A model generated the notes under the pieces. It did no database searches. It had not been told where the DNA came from and worked only from the letters and a program-made list of their open reading frames with translations. 42,230 nucleotides of DNA from a virus. Taxonomy: Duplodnaviria > Caudoviricetes. Each line of letters begins with the position of its first letter. Position 1 is the stretch's first letter. Where the stretch lies: positions 1 through 42,230 of the IMG/VR virus record IMGVR_UViG_3300029823_000004. One strand, given 5' to 3'. This document shows positions 26,027 to 35,536 of this stretch, piece by piece. A program made the translations under genes and the position numbers.

Positions 26027-28459
26027 CTAATTATTAATCTGTTCACGCACAAAAGCTCTTTGAGTACCATAGATTTTACCAAATCTTAATCTACCCTTAT
26101 ACTTAATCCATACTTTCAAGCCTTTAAGAATATCGTTAATTTCTCTTGAATGTAATGGCGTGAGATTTTTAGGGTCTCCATTGAATAATTCGCACCATAT
26201 TTCCATCACACAGGTTTTAGTCCTCTGAATATTACCCTCTGGGATGTCACCAAATTCAGAGCCATGTATATAATTTCTTCTTTCAGCCATACCTAAGCTG
26301 TACCAATTATCAGTTATAGGCTTATTCAGATATTCTTCAATTAACCCAGCCTTTGCACTTTCCTCTGAGTGTTCTTCCTGCTGTTTTTCAGCTTCTTTTT
26401 TCTCTTTACTGGTGAGATCCAGAAGCTCCCCAGCATTATAAAGTTCAATTGCCTCAGCCCATATTTGGTCAACCTCATAACTGTTTAATTCCTTATAGGC
26501 ATTTTTATGGGGGTTTATCCCAACATCTACAGGCCAGAATCTTCTATTACCTGTCTTATCTCTTAAAAATTCCTTATCATTCGTAGTTCCTATAATTACA
26601 CACTGGCGTGGGAATCTGCTTGTTCTTCTACCATAGGCAACTCTGTATATATCCTCCTGTTTTGATAAGAAGTGTTTTGTTGCCTCAATATCAGCTTTTT
26701 TTGTGGCCATCATTTCTCCCATTTCCAGGAGCCACACGCCTTGAAGTTGCTCATATGCTTCTTTACCAGTTACAGTTGTAAGACTATCAGAGTACCAGTC
26801 CTTACCTAATCTTTTTATCAAAGTACTTTTACCTATACCCTGTGGGCCACTTAGAACCATCATATTATCAAATTTGCACCCGGGTTTAAAAATTCTTGCT
26901 ACAGCTGCAACAAATACTTTTCTTGTAATTGTCCTTACATAATTGCTATCTTCTGCACCTAGGTAATCAATTAATAAGGTATCTATTCTCTTAACCCCAT
27001 CCCACATAAGACTATTTAAGTAATCCTTAATCGGATGGAATGTATGTTTTCCAAAACTTAAGTTAATGGCATCCGCGCACTTAGCTATAGAACTTATTTT
27101 ATAGTATTTCTCAATAAATTCTTGAAGCCCACTATCATCCCTATCATTCCAATCTGACATATCATCTTTATTTCTCCAGGGTAGCCGCCCTATAACTACA
27201 GCCCTATTTGCAAATTCGTTATATGCAATCCTACCCTTAATTAATGGCTCATTTTCAATTATTAATAAGAAGTTGGTTCTGGTGCTTTTTAATTTTCCCT
27301 GCTCTGTATATTCAAGTTCTTTTACCCAACTACTGTCAGCATCTTCTTCAATCACCCCAAAATCCTCCTGGGCTTTATCCATACGTTCTTTACCTAATGT
27401 CTGTATTACTCTACCATCATTACTCGCAAATTCTTTCATCTTAGTAAACGAGGGTAGCCTATTTGCTGGTGTATCTGGTTTTGCTTCATCATCTAAATCC
27501 CCGAATTTGTGTATTCTCACTAAGTCAAAAGTATTACACAGCATTTCACTTGCAGGGTCCGTACCATGATGGCTGTAACTGAACTTATCATCATATATTA
27601 CTACCCCGCCGGTGGTACTTCCTTCCGCATAGGTGTACCTGGTTTCATCTGCACCAGATACATATACATCTTTTAGAAATTCTTCTATCGCCTCACTTAT
27701 TGTATAGGTCCTGCAGAAAGCACCTATAACACCTTTTTTAGTTAATGGATCTTCCTGTTTCTTTATTGCTGTGTTTATCTTGGCTCTTGCCCTAGAACTC
27801 TCCGGCCAGTAGCTTACATCCTGCCACCCAAAGGTATACCTTTCAAGTATTTCATCAGGGTTTAACCAGGGCAAGTCTTGAACCTTAAACACATATTCCC
27901 CGTCTGCACTGGTTGAAGGCCAGTACATAAGTCTTGAAGGTTCATAGGTTGTATCATCAAACTGATCTATACCTAAATCATCAGCTATCATCCTTGATAT
28001 AGCCTGGTATTCATCTGGCAGCACTGGCCTTGATAGTGGAATAACAAGCCTTAAACGCGGATTGTCTGGTGCATGGTTATGTGTTGAATACATGACTACT
28101 GAAAAGTCCCATAGCAGCTCTATACTTGACCATATATCACCCTTAACATAATCTAAGTCCAGTGTAACAAGTGTTCTGTTTGCTACATTCTCAGCTTTAC
28201 GTCTGCCATTTTTTAAAGAGCCACCAACAAATCCCCCAACATCTTTAATTCTGTCTCTTTCACTTTTAGACATTTTCTTATATTCAGCATAGGTTTCAGG
28301 TGTTCTTGTAGTATTGCTTAATTTTTCAATTAAGCCTGAATATAATATATTTTTGTTTTTCCAGTGCTTTTCATGTCTGCTTTTTCCGATGGCAAGTGTT
28401 ATGGAACCATCATATTTAATTTTTATGATTTTCTGGTTACTCTCTGTTTTATATTCCAA
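26027..28459 (-). CDS. Primase-helicase (virulence-associated E/VapE-type)
   Basis: N-terminal GGFVGG, TLDLD and STHNH; Walker A GPQGIGKST; GTTN..FLRDKTGNRRF. Confidence 0.9.
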   Translation of the reverse strand: MEYKTESNQKIIKIKYDGSITLAIGKSRHEKHWKNKNILYSGLIEKLSNTTRTPETYAEYKKMSKSERDRIKDVGGFVGGSLKNGRRKAENVANRTLVTLDLDYVKGDIWSSIELLWDFSVVMYSTHNHAPDNPRLRLVIPLSRPVLPDEYQAISRMIADDLGIDQFDDTTYEPSRLMYWPSTSADGEYVFKVQDLPWLNPDEILERYTFGWQDVSYWPESSRARAKINTAIKKQEDPLTKKGVIGAFCRTYTISEAIEEFLKDVYVSGADETRYTYAEGSTTGGVVIYDDKFSYSHHGTDPASEMLCNTFDLVRIHKFGDLDDEAKPDTPANRLPSFTKMKEFASNDGRVIQTLGKERMDKAQEDFGVIEEDADSSWVKELEYTEQGKLKSTRTNFLLIIENEPLIKGRIAYNEFANRAVVIGRLPWRNKDDMSDWNDRDDSGLQEFIEKYYKISSIAKCADAINLSFGKHTFHPIKDYLNSLMWDGVKRIDTLLIDYLGAEDSNYVRTITRKVFVAAVARIFKPGCKFDNMMVLSGPQGIGKSTLIKRLGKDWYSDSLTTVTGKEAYEQLQGVWLLEMGEMMATKKADIEATKHFLSKQEDIYRVAYGRRTSRFPRQCVIIGTTNDKEFLRDKTGNRRFWPVDVGINPHKNAYKELNSYEVDQIWAEAIELYNAGELLDLTSKEKKEAEKQQEEHSEESAKAGLIEEYLNKPITDNWYSLGMAERRNYIHGSEFGDIPEGNIQRTKTCVMEIWCELFNGDPKNLTPLHSREINDILKGLKVWIKYKGRLRFGKIYGTQRAFVREQINN

Positions 28460-28512
28460 ATTACCACCTCCTTTTTGAGCATAATTTATTTTCTATTCAC
28501 CTAAAAAATCTA

Positions 28513-28752
28513 TTAAATCATTTTATCTACTAATTTTGGTATTCCTTTGCGCACTATTTCTGCCGAAGCTCTACTTACAACCATATTAATTATTTCTTCT
28601 TTTTGACTATAAACAACTTCTTTAACCGAATCAGCTATGGTACGTTTCATTAAATTTCTTTCTGCACTCCAAGAGGCAGTTAATTTTCTTGCAATTATAT
28701 TTGTTATTTCCTCCTGTAATTCCTTATCATCAATTTCAACTTTTATTTGCAT
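28513..28752 (-). CDS. Hypothetical protein
   Basis: 79-aa ORF with RBS, in operon context. Confidence 0.65.
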   Translation of the reverse strand: MQIKVEIDDKELQEEITNIIARKLTASWSAERNLMKRTIADSVKEVVYSQKEEIINMVVSRASAEIVRKGIPKLVDKMI

Positions 28753-28756
28753 AAAA

Positions 28757-29233
28757 TCACCCTTCTAAAATTTTTCTTAACTTATCAATCTTTTCTTCCC
28801 TGAATTTGTTTATTTTGCTATTGTCATAAATACAGGTAAGTTGTTCGAGCATAATCATTACATCAGCTATTTCTTCCTCTACATTATGGGTTTTACCTCT
28901 TAAATCTTTACATAGGGCCTGTATAAGCTCTGAACATTCTTCTATAGTCTGTCTTTTCTGTGGTTCGGCTCCAAAACAGTTTACTGCATCTATGCAAGTA
29001 CTTTTAAATTTATTAGGTGGAATTTTTTCATTTGCAAATGGTTCAGAGGTTAAATCCTTTGGTGTAATTTCAAGAGCATCTGCAATTTTTTGCAAGATAT
29101 CTAAGGAAGGATTATTTTTCTTACCTCTTTCTAATGCACTTATATAGCTTGCATTAACTCCACTTAACCTAGAAAGTTCATTTACGCTAATTGACTTTTG
29201 TTCTCTTATTCGTTTGATATTATTACCAACCAT
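28757..29233 (-). CDS. XRE HTH fused to MazG-like nucleotide pyrophosphohydrolase domain
   Basis: IKRIREQK.ISVNELSRLSGVNASYISALERGKKNNPS (HTH) plus IEECSELIQAL..EEEIADV (EEXXE..EXXD). Confidence 0.8.
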   Translation of the reverse strand: MVGNNIKRIREQKSISVNELSRLSGVNASYISALERGKKNNPSLDILQKIADALEITPKDLTSEPFANEKIPPNKFKSTCIDAVNCFGAEPQKRQTIEECSELIQALCKDLRGKTHNVEEEIADVMIMLEQLTCIYDNSKINKFREEKIDKLRKILEG

Positions 29234-29257
29234 ATTTGATCACCTTTTTTAAAAATA

Positions 29258-31219
29258 TTAATCTTTCATGTAATACTCACACTCATATCCATCAGCCTTA
29301 AGTAGTAATCCAGGAGCCCAGTCTATAGGTTCGCCAAAAATATTACATACTTCTTCCATACTTCCAAATTCTTTAGGTACATCAAGTACTAATTCATCAT
29401 GTACATGCATCACAATGTCATAGCCTGCTTTGGTGACTTTAAACATAGCCTCTCCCAGACAATCTCTGGCAGTAGCCTGAACTATATTCTCCACTAATTT
29501 TGGGCCATAGGTATCAAGTCTTTTCCATTTCTTACTTGTCTGTTCCATACCCTCATACGTGATTTTATCTCCTGAAAATGTAGTATGTTTTTCTATCTTG
29601 GGTCTTATATAACTTAATTTTCTACCTGAAGGTAGTTGTATAAATAAAACTCCGGGGTCATATATGAACTTAAGTCCAAACTGCATATTTACCGTTGTTT
29701 TTTCTCTTATAGCTTTTTTAGCAGCTTTATCACAATCCCACCAAAATTTAGTAATGTGTGGGTTTGCAGCTCTCCAGCTTTGTACTAACCCCGGCAATTC
29801 TTCTTCTGGAATACTCTTTGATTTATCCATAGATGTAAGAGCTCCAACACTCCCACCATAACCTAGTGCCAACTCTGCTATTTTCCCTTTTTGCCTTAGG
29901 TCAGAACCTTTTTTAATGTTTTCTATGGGTACATGAAACATCTGACTTGCAGAAGCCTCATATATTTTTCCATGAGTTTTGAAAACTTCTAATCTCCACT
30001 TTTCTCCTGCATACCAGGCGATTACTCTTGCCTCTATAGCGCTAAAGTCTGCTACTATAAACCTGTTACCTTCATTAGGTATGAAAGCTGTCCTTATAAG
30101 CTGGCTTAATGTATCCGGTACACTGTCATATAAAAACTCTACTTCTTCAAACTGTCCTGTTTTTATGAAGTTTCTGGCATCATCTAGATCCGGTAAATGG
30201 TTTTGAGGGAGGTTTTGTACCTGTACAAGCCGACCTGCCCATCTTCCAGTACGGTTGGCACCATAAAACTGTAGAAGTCCTCTTATTCTTCCATCCTCGC
30301 ATCTTGACCTTTCCATAGTTTCATATTTTTTAATTGAAGTTTTAGCCATAAGCTGTCTTAATTCTAAAATTTTTTTTACTTTTTCGTCCTTATTTTTTTC
30401 TATAAGTACTGGTATACTGTCCTTTGTAAGACTCTTAACTTCATGGCCAACCCTCTCACCAATCCACTTTTTTAATTGAGTAGGGCTGTTAGGGTTGTTT
30501 AAATCTGTTAAATTTATAGCTTCTTCTGTAAGTTTTTTATTATAATTTGTATCACATTCAATAGCCTTTTCTATTAGAACTATATCAGTACCTACACCCC
30601 TGTCATTAATGTGTTGATCTAATTCCCATAGCCTTTGTTCTTTTTCTATAATTGGATACCTGTTTAACTTATTTCTTATATCTCTTTCAACTGCAACGTC
30701 TTGTTTGCAATACAATTTAAAAGTTTCCCATTTTTCTGGTGCATGGTACGGTAAATTTCGTACCCTACCACCATTTGTTTTTGTTGGCTTACAGGGTTTA
30801 CAAAAATATTGTATTAAAGATTTACCTTCTTTCATTTTCTGCTTGTCTTCTTCGAAGTGCATTGCCTTGCCTACCATATCTAAACTGCCGGGTAATCCTA
30901 ATGTAAGAGCTTTCACCATAGTACAAGACCATTGTTCCGGCGGCATACCATCTGGAAAATACATATCTGAACTTATTGCATTTCTTTCAAAATTTGCGTT
31001 AAAAGCTGTTTTGGTTATAGCTGGATTACAAAGGGCATCTATAACCTTTTGGGGTAATTCTTCACCTTGGGCAAAATCTACGATTTCTACGGGTTCATCA
31101 TTAAAGGCATATGCAAACAGTATTATTTCAAATGAGGGATGCTCACAATACTTATAAGCACCCACATTTCTTATATCTAAGTCACAGTATGTCTCCACAT
31201 CTATAGCCAAGGTGTCCAT
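29258..31219 (-). CDS. Phage DNA polymerase, family A
   Basis: Exonuclease DVETY; motif A ADFSAIEAR; motif B RQKGKIAELALGYG; motif C HVHDE. Confidence 0.95.
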   Translation of the reverse strand: MDTLAIDVETYCDLDIRNVGAYKYCEHPSFEIILFAYAFNDEPVEIVDFAQGEELPQKVIDALCNPAITKTAFNANFERNAISSDMYFPDGMPPEQWSCTMVKALTLGLPGSLDMVGKAMHFEEDKQKMKEGKSLIQYFCKPCKPTKTNGGRVRNLPYHAPEKWETFKLYCKQDVAVERDIRNKLNRYPIIEKEQRLWELDQHINDRGVGTDIVLIEKAIECDTNYNKKLTEEAINLTDLNNPNSPTQLKKWIGERVGHEVKSLTKDSIPVLIEKNKDEKVKKILELRQLMAKTSIKKYETMERSRCEDGRIRGLLQFYGANRTGRWAGRLVQVQNLPQNHLPDLDDARNFIKTGQFEEVEFLYDSVPDTLSQLIRTAFIPNEGNRFIVADFSAIEARVIAWYAGEKWRLEVFKTHGKIYEASASQMFHVPIENIKKGSDLRQKGKIAELALGYGGSVGALTSMDKSKSIPEEELPGLVQSWRAANPHITKFWWDCDKAAKKAIREKTTVNMQFGLKFIYDPGVLFIQLPSGRKLSYIRPKIEKHTTFSGDKITYEGMEQTSKKWKRLDTYGPKLVENIVQATARDCLGEAMFKVTKAGYDIVMHVHDELVLDVPKEFGSMEEVCNIFGEPIDWAPGLLLKADGYECEYYMKD

Positions 31220-31779
31220 TAGCCTAAGAAATCATCCTCTGCTGTTTCTATAGCTTCAAAGTCATCTTCCGCCCTTGTAAAGCCTCCAAGCGGCTCCCCA
31301 TCTGCTAATTTTTGTACATTTCCAAGCCCCGCAGCAATGCCCTTGTTACCACTTGCACTATAGGGATAAAAGTTTAATGTAAGTCTTCCATAACAACCAC
31401 TATATACCTCTGTTGCATCTAGTATTGGTTGTACATTTTGGTCTACCACACCAGGTTTATTTTTACTGTTTGCATTTAGAAAATAACTATCTACATAGGC
31501 TTCGTCATCTGGTCTTTCGGTGTCGCCATCACGTAGGGGAGTTTTTAAAGCAGCTGGTATTTTACCATTCCATTTAGCTTTTCCATTTTCCTTAGCCTCA
31601 TCTACAGCTGCCTTAATAGCTTTTAATGTTTCTGTATCAGTCTTAGGGATTATTACAGATACGCTGTATTTAGGTTCATTTCCCTCTATGGCGTGAGGTT
31701 CAAAAAGATGAGCATATGAAAGTCTTACCTTTCCTGTAGTTACCTTTGTTCCTGTTCTTTTTGCTTTTATATTTGACAT
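31219..31779 (-). CDS. DUF2815 family ssDNA-binding protein
   Basis: VRLSYAHLFEP, PLRDGD, YSGCYGR, GLGNVQK..DGEPLGG and acidic tail; AAGGAG RBS before 31779. Confidence 0.9.
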   Translation of the reverse strand: MSNIKAKRTGTKVTTGKVRLSYAHLFEPHAIEGNEPKYSVSVIIPKTDTETLKAIKAAVDEAKENGKAKWNGKIPAALKTPLRDGDTERPDDEAYVDSYFLNANSKNKPGVVDQNVQPILDATEVYSGCYGRLTLNFYPYSASGNKGIAAGLGNVQKLADGEPLGGFTRAEDDFEAIETAEDDFLG

Positions 31780-31780
31780 A

Positions 31781-31957
31781 TTAATCATTCTCCTTTTGAT
31801 TTTTAAATTTTTCATATATACTCTTTAAGTCTATAGTTATTTCTCCAGTGTCCTTATTCATATCTGCATTAATACCTTCTTTACGTAACTCATCTGTTAG
31901 TTTTTTACTTTTTCCCATATGGTCCTTGAATCGCTGTTTCATTGATTTTCTAGTCAT
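31781..31957 (-). CDS. Hypothetical 58-aa protein
   Basis: Not in ORF track. MTRKSMKQRFKDHMGKSKKLTDELRKEGINADMNKDTGEITIDLKSIYEKFKNQKEND; AGGAGG RBS; 1-bp gaps to both neighbours. Confidence 0.7.
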   Translation of the reverse strand: MTRKSMKQRFKDHMGKSKKLTDELRKEGINADMNKDTGEITIDLKSIYEKFKNQKEND

Positions 31958-31958
31958 A

Positions 31959-33119
31959 TTAAGCCTCCTGAAAGTCTGCTACAGCAGAATTAAATACTTG
32001 CCTTTTATCACTCTCTACCACTAACGTTGGTTTTCCTTGGGCCTTTTCAATTAAATTACTAATTAACTGCCCAAGTTTTTTCTTACCAATAACTTTTTCC
32101 ATATTGGTCAAGCCCTGAAGTTCCTTTGGCTTATAAATTTCGTCCTCGTTATATCCATTCTCCAATAATATTTCAGCAACCTTATCAACATCCTTATATT
32201 TTCTATTACTCCTACCTTCAACTACTTTCCATCCAGGAAATTCCTCTCCCTGTAAAGCTTGCTGTAATGCATAATCTTTTATGGTATTTACCCATTTTAT
32301 CAATTCATCTACCCGGCCTAAAATATCCGATATATCATTTTTACTTAAGGTCCCAGGTACAGCAAAATCATATTTAGCAGTTTCCATATTCCTTTCTGCT
32401 CTATGCTGGCAGGTGGCTACCCTACAATATCCACAGTGTTCACCTGCACAAAACTCACCTTCACCTTTAAATGCAAGTTCTGCTGTGGGTTTTAAAACTT
32501 TTTCTGCCCATTTTAGCAATTCATCTACTGTTATTTCATCAGTTGAAATACTATCTAATCTTGGTTGTATAATAGTCATCCTTATATTTTCAATGTCATA
32601 TAAGAAACTAAATTCTGCTATGGCACCTAATGCATAAAGTTTCATCTGCTTATTGTCTATAGCTGATACTTTTCCATTTGGACTTTTACCATACTTCAAG
32701 TCACAAATCTCAATAGTACCATCTGCAATTATCACAAAATCACCAGTTCCAAAACCTTCTGGAACCCATTTACTAAAATCCAACCTTTGTTCAATTTTAA
32801 ATAGTGCATCAGGTGTTTTCGCCCTGGCTTCTGATACCTTCTCCATGCAAGTATCAACATAAATCCTTACATAATCAGGCATATCCGCTGTAAACAGTTC
32901 ATTTGATTCTATTTTTTTAAATTCTGAATTGAATTTTTCTGTAGTAATTTCATCTAGACTTAATTTGAGAGTTAGTTCTCCCAGTCTATGAGCCAGGGTT
33001 CCTTCTTCTGCAGATTCACTTGTCTTATTTTCGAAGTTCTGCTCAAGTCTTGCAGAAGGTGGACATTTAAGCCACCTATGTGAAGAACTAGCACTTAATA
33101 AAGCATGTTTTTCTGCCAT
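31959..33119 (-). CDS. DUF2800 Cas4-like PD-(D/E)XK nuclease
   Basis: HALLSASSSHRWLKCPPS, GTLAH, FGTGD..DLKYG, QMKLYALG and C-terminal Cys cluster. Confidence 0.9.
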   Translation of the reverse strand: MAEKHALLSASSSHRWLKCPPSARLEQNFENKTSESAEEGTLAHRLGELTLKLSLDEITTEKFNSEFKKIESNELFTADMPDYVRIYVDTCMEKVSEARAKTPDALFKIEQRLDFSKWVPEGFGTGDFVIIADGTIEICDLKYGKSPNGKVSAIDNKQMKLYALGAIAEFSFLYDIENIRMTIIQPRLDSISTDEITVDELLKWAEKVLKPTAELAFKGEGEFCAGEHCGYCRVATCQHRAERNMETAKYDFAVPGTLSKNDISDILGRVDELIKWVNTIKDYALQQALQGEEFPGWKVVEGRSNRKYKDVDKVAEILLENGYNEDEIYKPKELQGLTNMEKVIGKKKLGQLISNLIEKAQGKPTLVVESDKRQVFNSAVADFQEA

Positions 33120-33511
33120 TATAACAACTCCTCTGCTTCCTTATAAATAGCTTCAAAATTTTCTTCTTTTATATCTGGAAGCCTACTAGCACCATATTTT
33201 TTAGTGAGTTCCTTAGCTTCTTTCTGCTTTCCGGATTTAATTAATTTAGTAAATGCGGCTCTTACCATTTCCTTAGTTATTTTTTCTACTGCATCAGGTG
33301 TCTTATCTATATTAGCCTGGGGTTTGTCCTCTGTTTTAGATTCTTCACCTTCTGGTGAATCTTCTGGTGCTGAATCAGCTAATTCAGTATCCTTGTCAGT
33401 AACTTCTTTTATTTCTGCTATTTTTGCTTTTGATATAATTTCCTTAGCACTAAATGTTTTGATAAAGCTTAATAGCTCCTCATTTGAATTAAATTCTGCT
33501 ACAATTTTCAT
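33119..33511 (-). CDS. Conserved phage protein preceding DUF2800
   Basis: Acidic linker plus ITKEMVRAA..KKYGASRLPDI..AEEL C-terminal domain typical of this module. Confidence 0.7.
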   Translation of the reverse strand: MKIVAEFNSNEELLSFIKTFSAKEIISKAKIAEIKEVTDKDTELADSAPEDSPEGEESKTEDKPQANIDKTPDAVEKITKEMVRAAFTKLIKSGKQKEAKELTKKYGASRLPDIKEENFEAIYKEAEELL

Positions 33512-33527
33512 AATTAAATTTCCCCCT

Positions 33528-33773
33528 TTATAATCCTAAAAACATTTTGGTTTCAAATGTTTCTATATCTACTTTTTCTACTATCCACTTGGATGCATTT
33601 TTGATATGCTGCTTATTCTTTGAGTATCTTGAAAAAATGGCTATTGAGTAAAAATCATTGGTTGGTACTACTACTACATCACCTTCTTCCAAATTATCAA
33701 TATCAGTAAAATACGAGTATTCCATAAATTCCTGATATCCTTTGAATTTAACCAGTGCTACTGTGTTCTCCAA
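33528..33773 (-). CDS. Hypothetical phage protein
   Basis: VKF..YSYFTD..LEEGDVVVVP..KWIVEKVD; AGGAGG RBS. Confidence 0.7.
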   Translation of the reverse strand: MENTVALVKFKGYQEFMEYSYFTDIDNLEEGDVVVVPTNDFYSIAIFSRYSKNKQHIKNASKWIVEKVDIETFETKMFLGL

Positions 33774-33785
33774 TATAACCCTCCT

Positions 33786-34007
33786 CTAATTTTTATTATT
33801 TTTAGGTACATCTGGACCCATATCATACAATTCCATTACTCCATGGCTAATGCCACTTTTAGATTTATATTCAAGTACTAATTTCCTTTCAACAACGGAC
33901 TGTTTTGTTATGATAGCCTTTTTATTTATGCGGTCAATTATTCTTTTAGGTACATATATAGGCTCATTATTTTCTGCTTGGAAGGCAATTTTCTTTAATC
34001 TACCCAT
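33786..34007 (-). CDS. Hypothetical protein
   Basis: GGAGG RBS before ATG at 34007. Confidence 0.65.
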   Translation of the reverse strand: MGRLKKIAFQAENNEPIYVPKRIIDRINKKAIITKQSVVERKLVLEYKSKSGISHGVMELYDMGPDVPKNNKN

Positions 34008-34092
34008 AATTCCCACCTCCACATTTGACTTATTTTCCACTCTGTAGTAAAGTGGAATTGACTAATATTACTTTTTGGCCAAAGGGCATTTT

Positions 34093-34194
34093 TTATTTCC
34101 ACAGCTTTTTAAACTTATATAGTCCCTCCTTTGTGGGCTTAACACCTCTTTTTCTGCACTCTTGTACATATTCAAGTAATACATATACACTCAT
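34093..34194 (-). CDS. 33-aa small protein
   Basis: Not in ORF track. MSVYVLLEYVQECRKRGVKPTKEGLYKFKKLWK; GGTGA RBS. Confidence 0.55.
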   Translation of the reverse strand: MSVYVLLEYVQECRKRGVKPTKEGLYKFKKLWK

Positions 34195-34209
34195 ACTTTC
34201 ACCATCCCT

Positions 34210-34722
34210 TCAATAGCACCCAAATTTACGACCATATAAGTTTCGATAAGCTTCAATTCCAAGTCTTGATATTTGTTTTCTGGTCATAATAGGTCTGGTA
34301 GCAGCCGTTAATATATCCAGACCTTGTCTGTTGATGCGGTCATAGAAAACATGTTTTGATATATTATTTTTCTCTGCAAGTTCCAATATTTCTTTTGGGT
34401 ATTTTCTGTTTTTATCACGCATTTTATTTGCCTTTTTTCTGCGTTGCTCCTTGCCCCATATAGGCTCTGTTACTGCCTTTTTGGCATCCCACTCAAGGAT
34501 ATTTAACCGTTGGTTTAATACTATATAAGGTATACCGTTTTGTTGTGCTTCTTCCACTAAATACTTAGGTACTCTCTTGTACATTCTAGGTGGTGTGGTG
34601 ATAGCCTTTTCCTTATCCCACGCCAAATCACGTATCCTACTATTTAAGGTAGTCCTACAAATTCCATTTTCAGCAGCTATCTTATATTCTTCTGGAGTTA
34701 TATAAAAATCATAGACTTGCAA
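34210..34722 (-). CDS. Phage protein with three HTH-like repeats
   Basis: Three copies of A..NGI....(L/F)..R(I/L)....W/L D...A.T.P. Confidence 0.7.
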   Translation of the reverse strand: MQVYDFYITPEEYKIAAENGICRTTLNSRIRDLAWDKEKAITTPPRMYKRVPKYLVEEAQQNGIPYIVLNQRLNILEWDAKKAVTEPIWGKEQRRKKANKMRDKNRKYPKEILELAEKNNISKHVFYDRINRQGLDILTAATRPIMTRKQISRLGIEAYRNLYGRKFGCY

Positions 34723-34903
34723 CTTTCTTCCTCCTCTCACTCTCTTTCCTTATAGCATTAATTTTGGCTGTTACTTTCTGTTCTTCCAGTTGCCTTTTCC
34801 TAAAAACACCTAGCAAGCTCCTAAGTTGAAATAAATCTGCACCCTTCAAACCAGCTTTAAATTCTTTGGAGCTTACAGGGTGGTTATACCAATCCTTTTC
34901 CAT
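34709..34903 (-). CDS. Hypothetical protein
   Basis: 64-aa ORF coupled to its neighbours. Confidence 0.6.
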   Translation of the reverse strand: MEKDWYNHPVSSKEFKAGLKGADLFQLRSLLGVFRKRQLEEQKVTAKINAIRKESERRKKVASL

Positions 34904-35121
34904 TATTTATATCCCTCCAATTCCAAACAATCTTCCAAATCAGCTCCATTCAGATATGCCAAACAATTTTTCAAGTCCTTAAAGTCCTCTGTAAAAGCTT
35001 CACCGCCGGTATTGTCTATTCCGGTAAAAGTGCCATCTTTTTGGATTCGTAGAAATGAACCATATGGTCTTCCAGTGTCAATTATTTTAGATGCTTGTTC
35101 AACAGTAATAATTTTAATCAC
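34903..35121 (-). CDS. Hypothetical phage protein
   Basis: FTGIDNTGGEAFTEDF..CLAYL motif; RBS. Confidence 0.65.
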   Translation of the reverse strand: MIKIITVEQASKIIDTGRPYGSFLRIQKDGTFTGIDNTGGEAFTEDFKDLKNCLAYLNGADLEDCLELEGYK

Positions 35122-35131
35122 TTTGTATCAC

Positions 35132-35536
35132 CTACCTAAAATTTTCAATATCTTTAATAGATAGTTGTCCAGATAGTACTTGTTTTCTTAAAGCTACTTT
35201 TTTCTTAGATGCATTTAGTCCTTTATACTTCTTATTTAACTGACTTTCTATATTCTCAAGAGCCTTCAAATTTTTAGTTTTATCCACATTTACATACTTG
35301 GAAACTCCATTATCCTTATAGTTAAAGCAAGTTCTTATACCTTTATCATCCTTGTATCTTCGCATCAAACTATTTGCTGTACGTCTAAGTGCTTGATTTC
35401 TAAGTTTACGAATATCAAAAATATAATGTGGTCTTATAAGTTCCATTACGGCATCTGTAGTAATTTCTCCAAGTTCATCCATTTGTTGCAATATGGCTTC
35501 TCTTGCTTTTTTCTCAAGACTGCTATAATTACCCAT
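35132..35536 (-). CDS. Hypothetical basic protein coupled to ParB-like gene
   Basis: Overlaps the ParB-like stop; ends GQLSIKD. Confidence 0.7.
   Translation of the reverse strand: MGNYSSLEKKAREAILQQMDELGEITTDAVMELIRPHYIFDIRKLRNQALRRTANSLMRRYKDDKGIRTCFNYKDNGVSKYVNVDKTKNLKALENIESQLNKKYKGLNASKKKVALRKQVLSGQLSIKDIENFR

Noticed and set aside
31959-33119. Cas4-like gene as part of a CRISPR system
   Set aside because: No repeat-spacer array or other cas genes seen; it sits in the standard DUF2800-DUF2815-PolA module.
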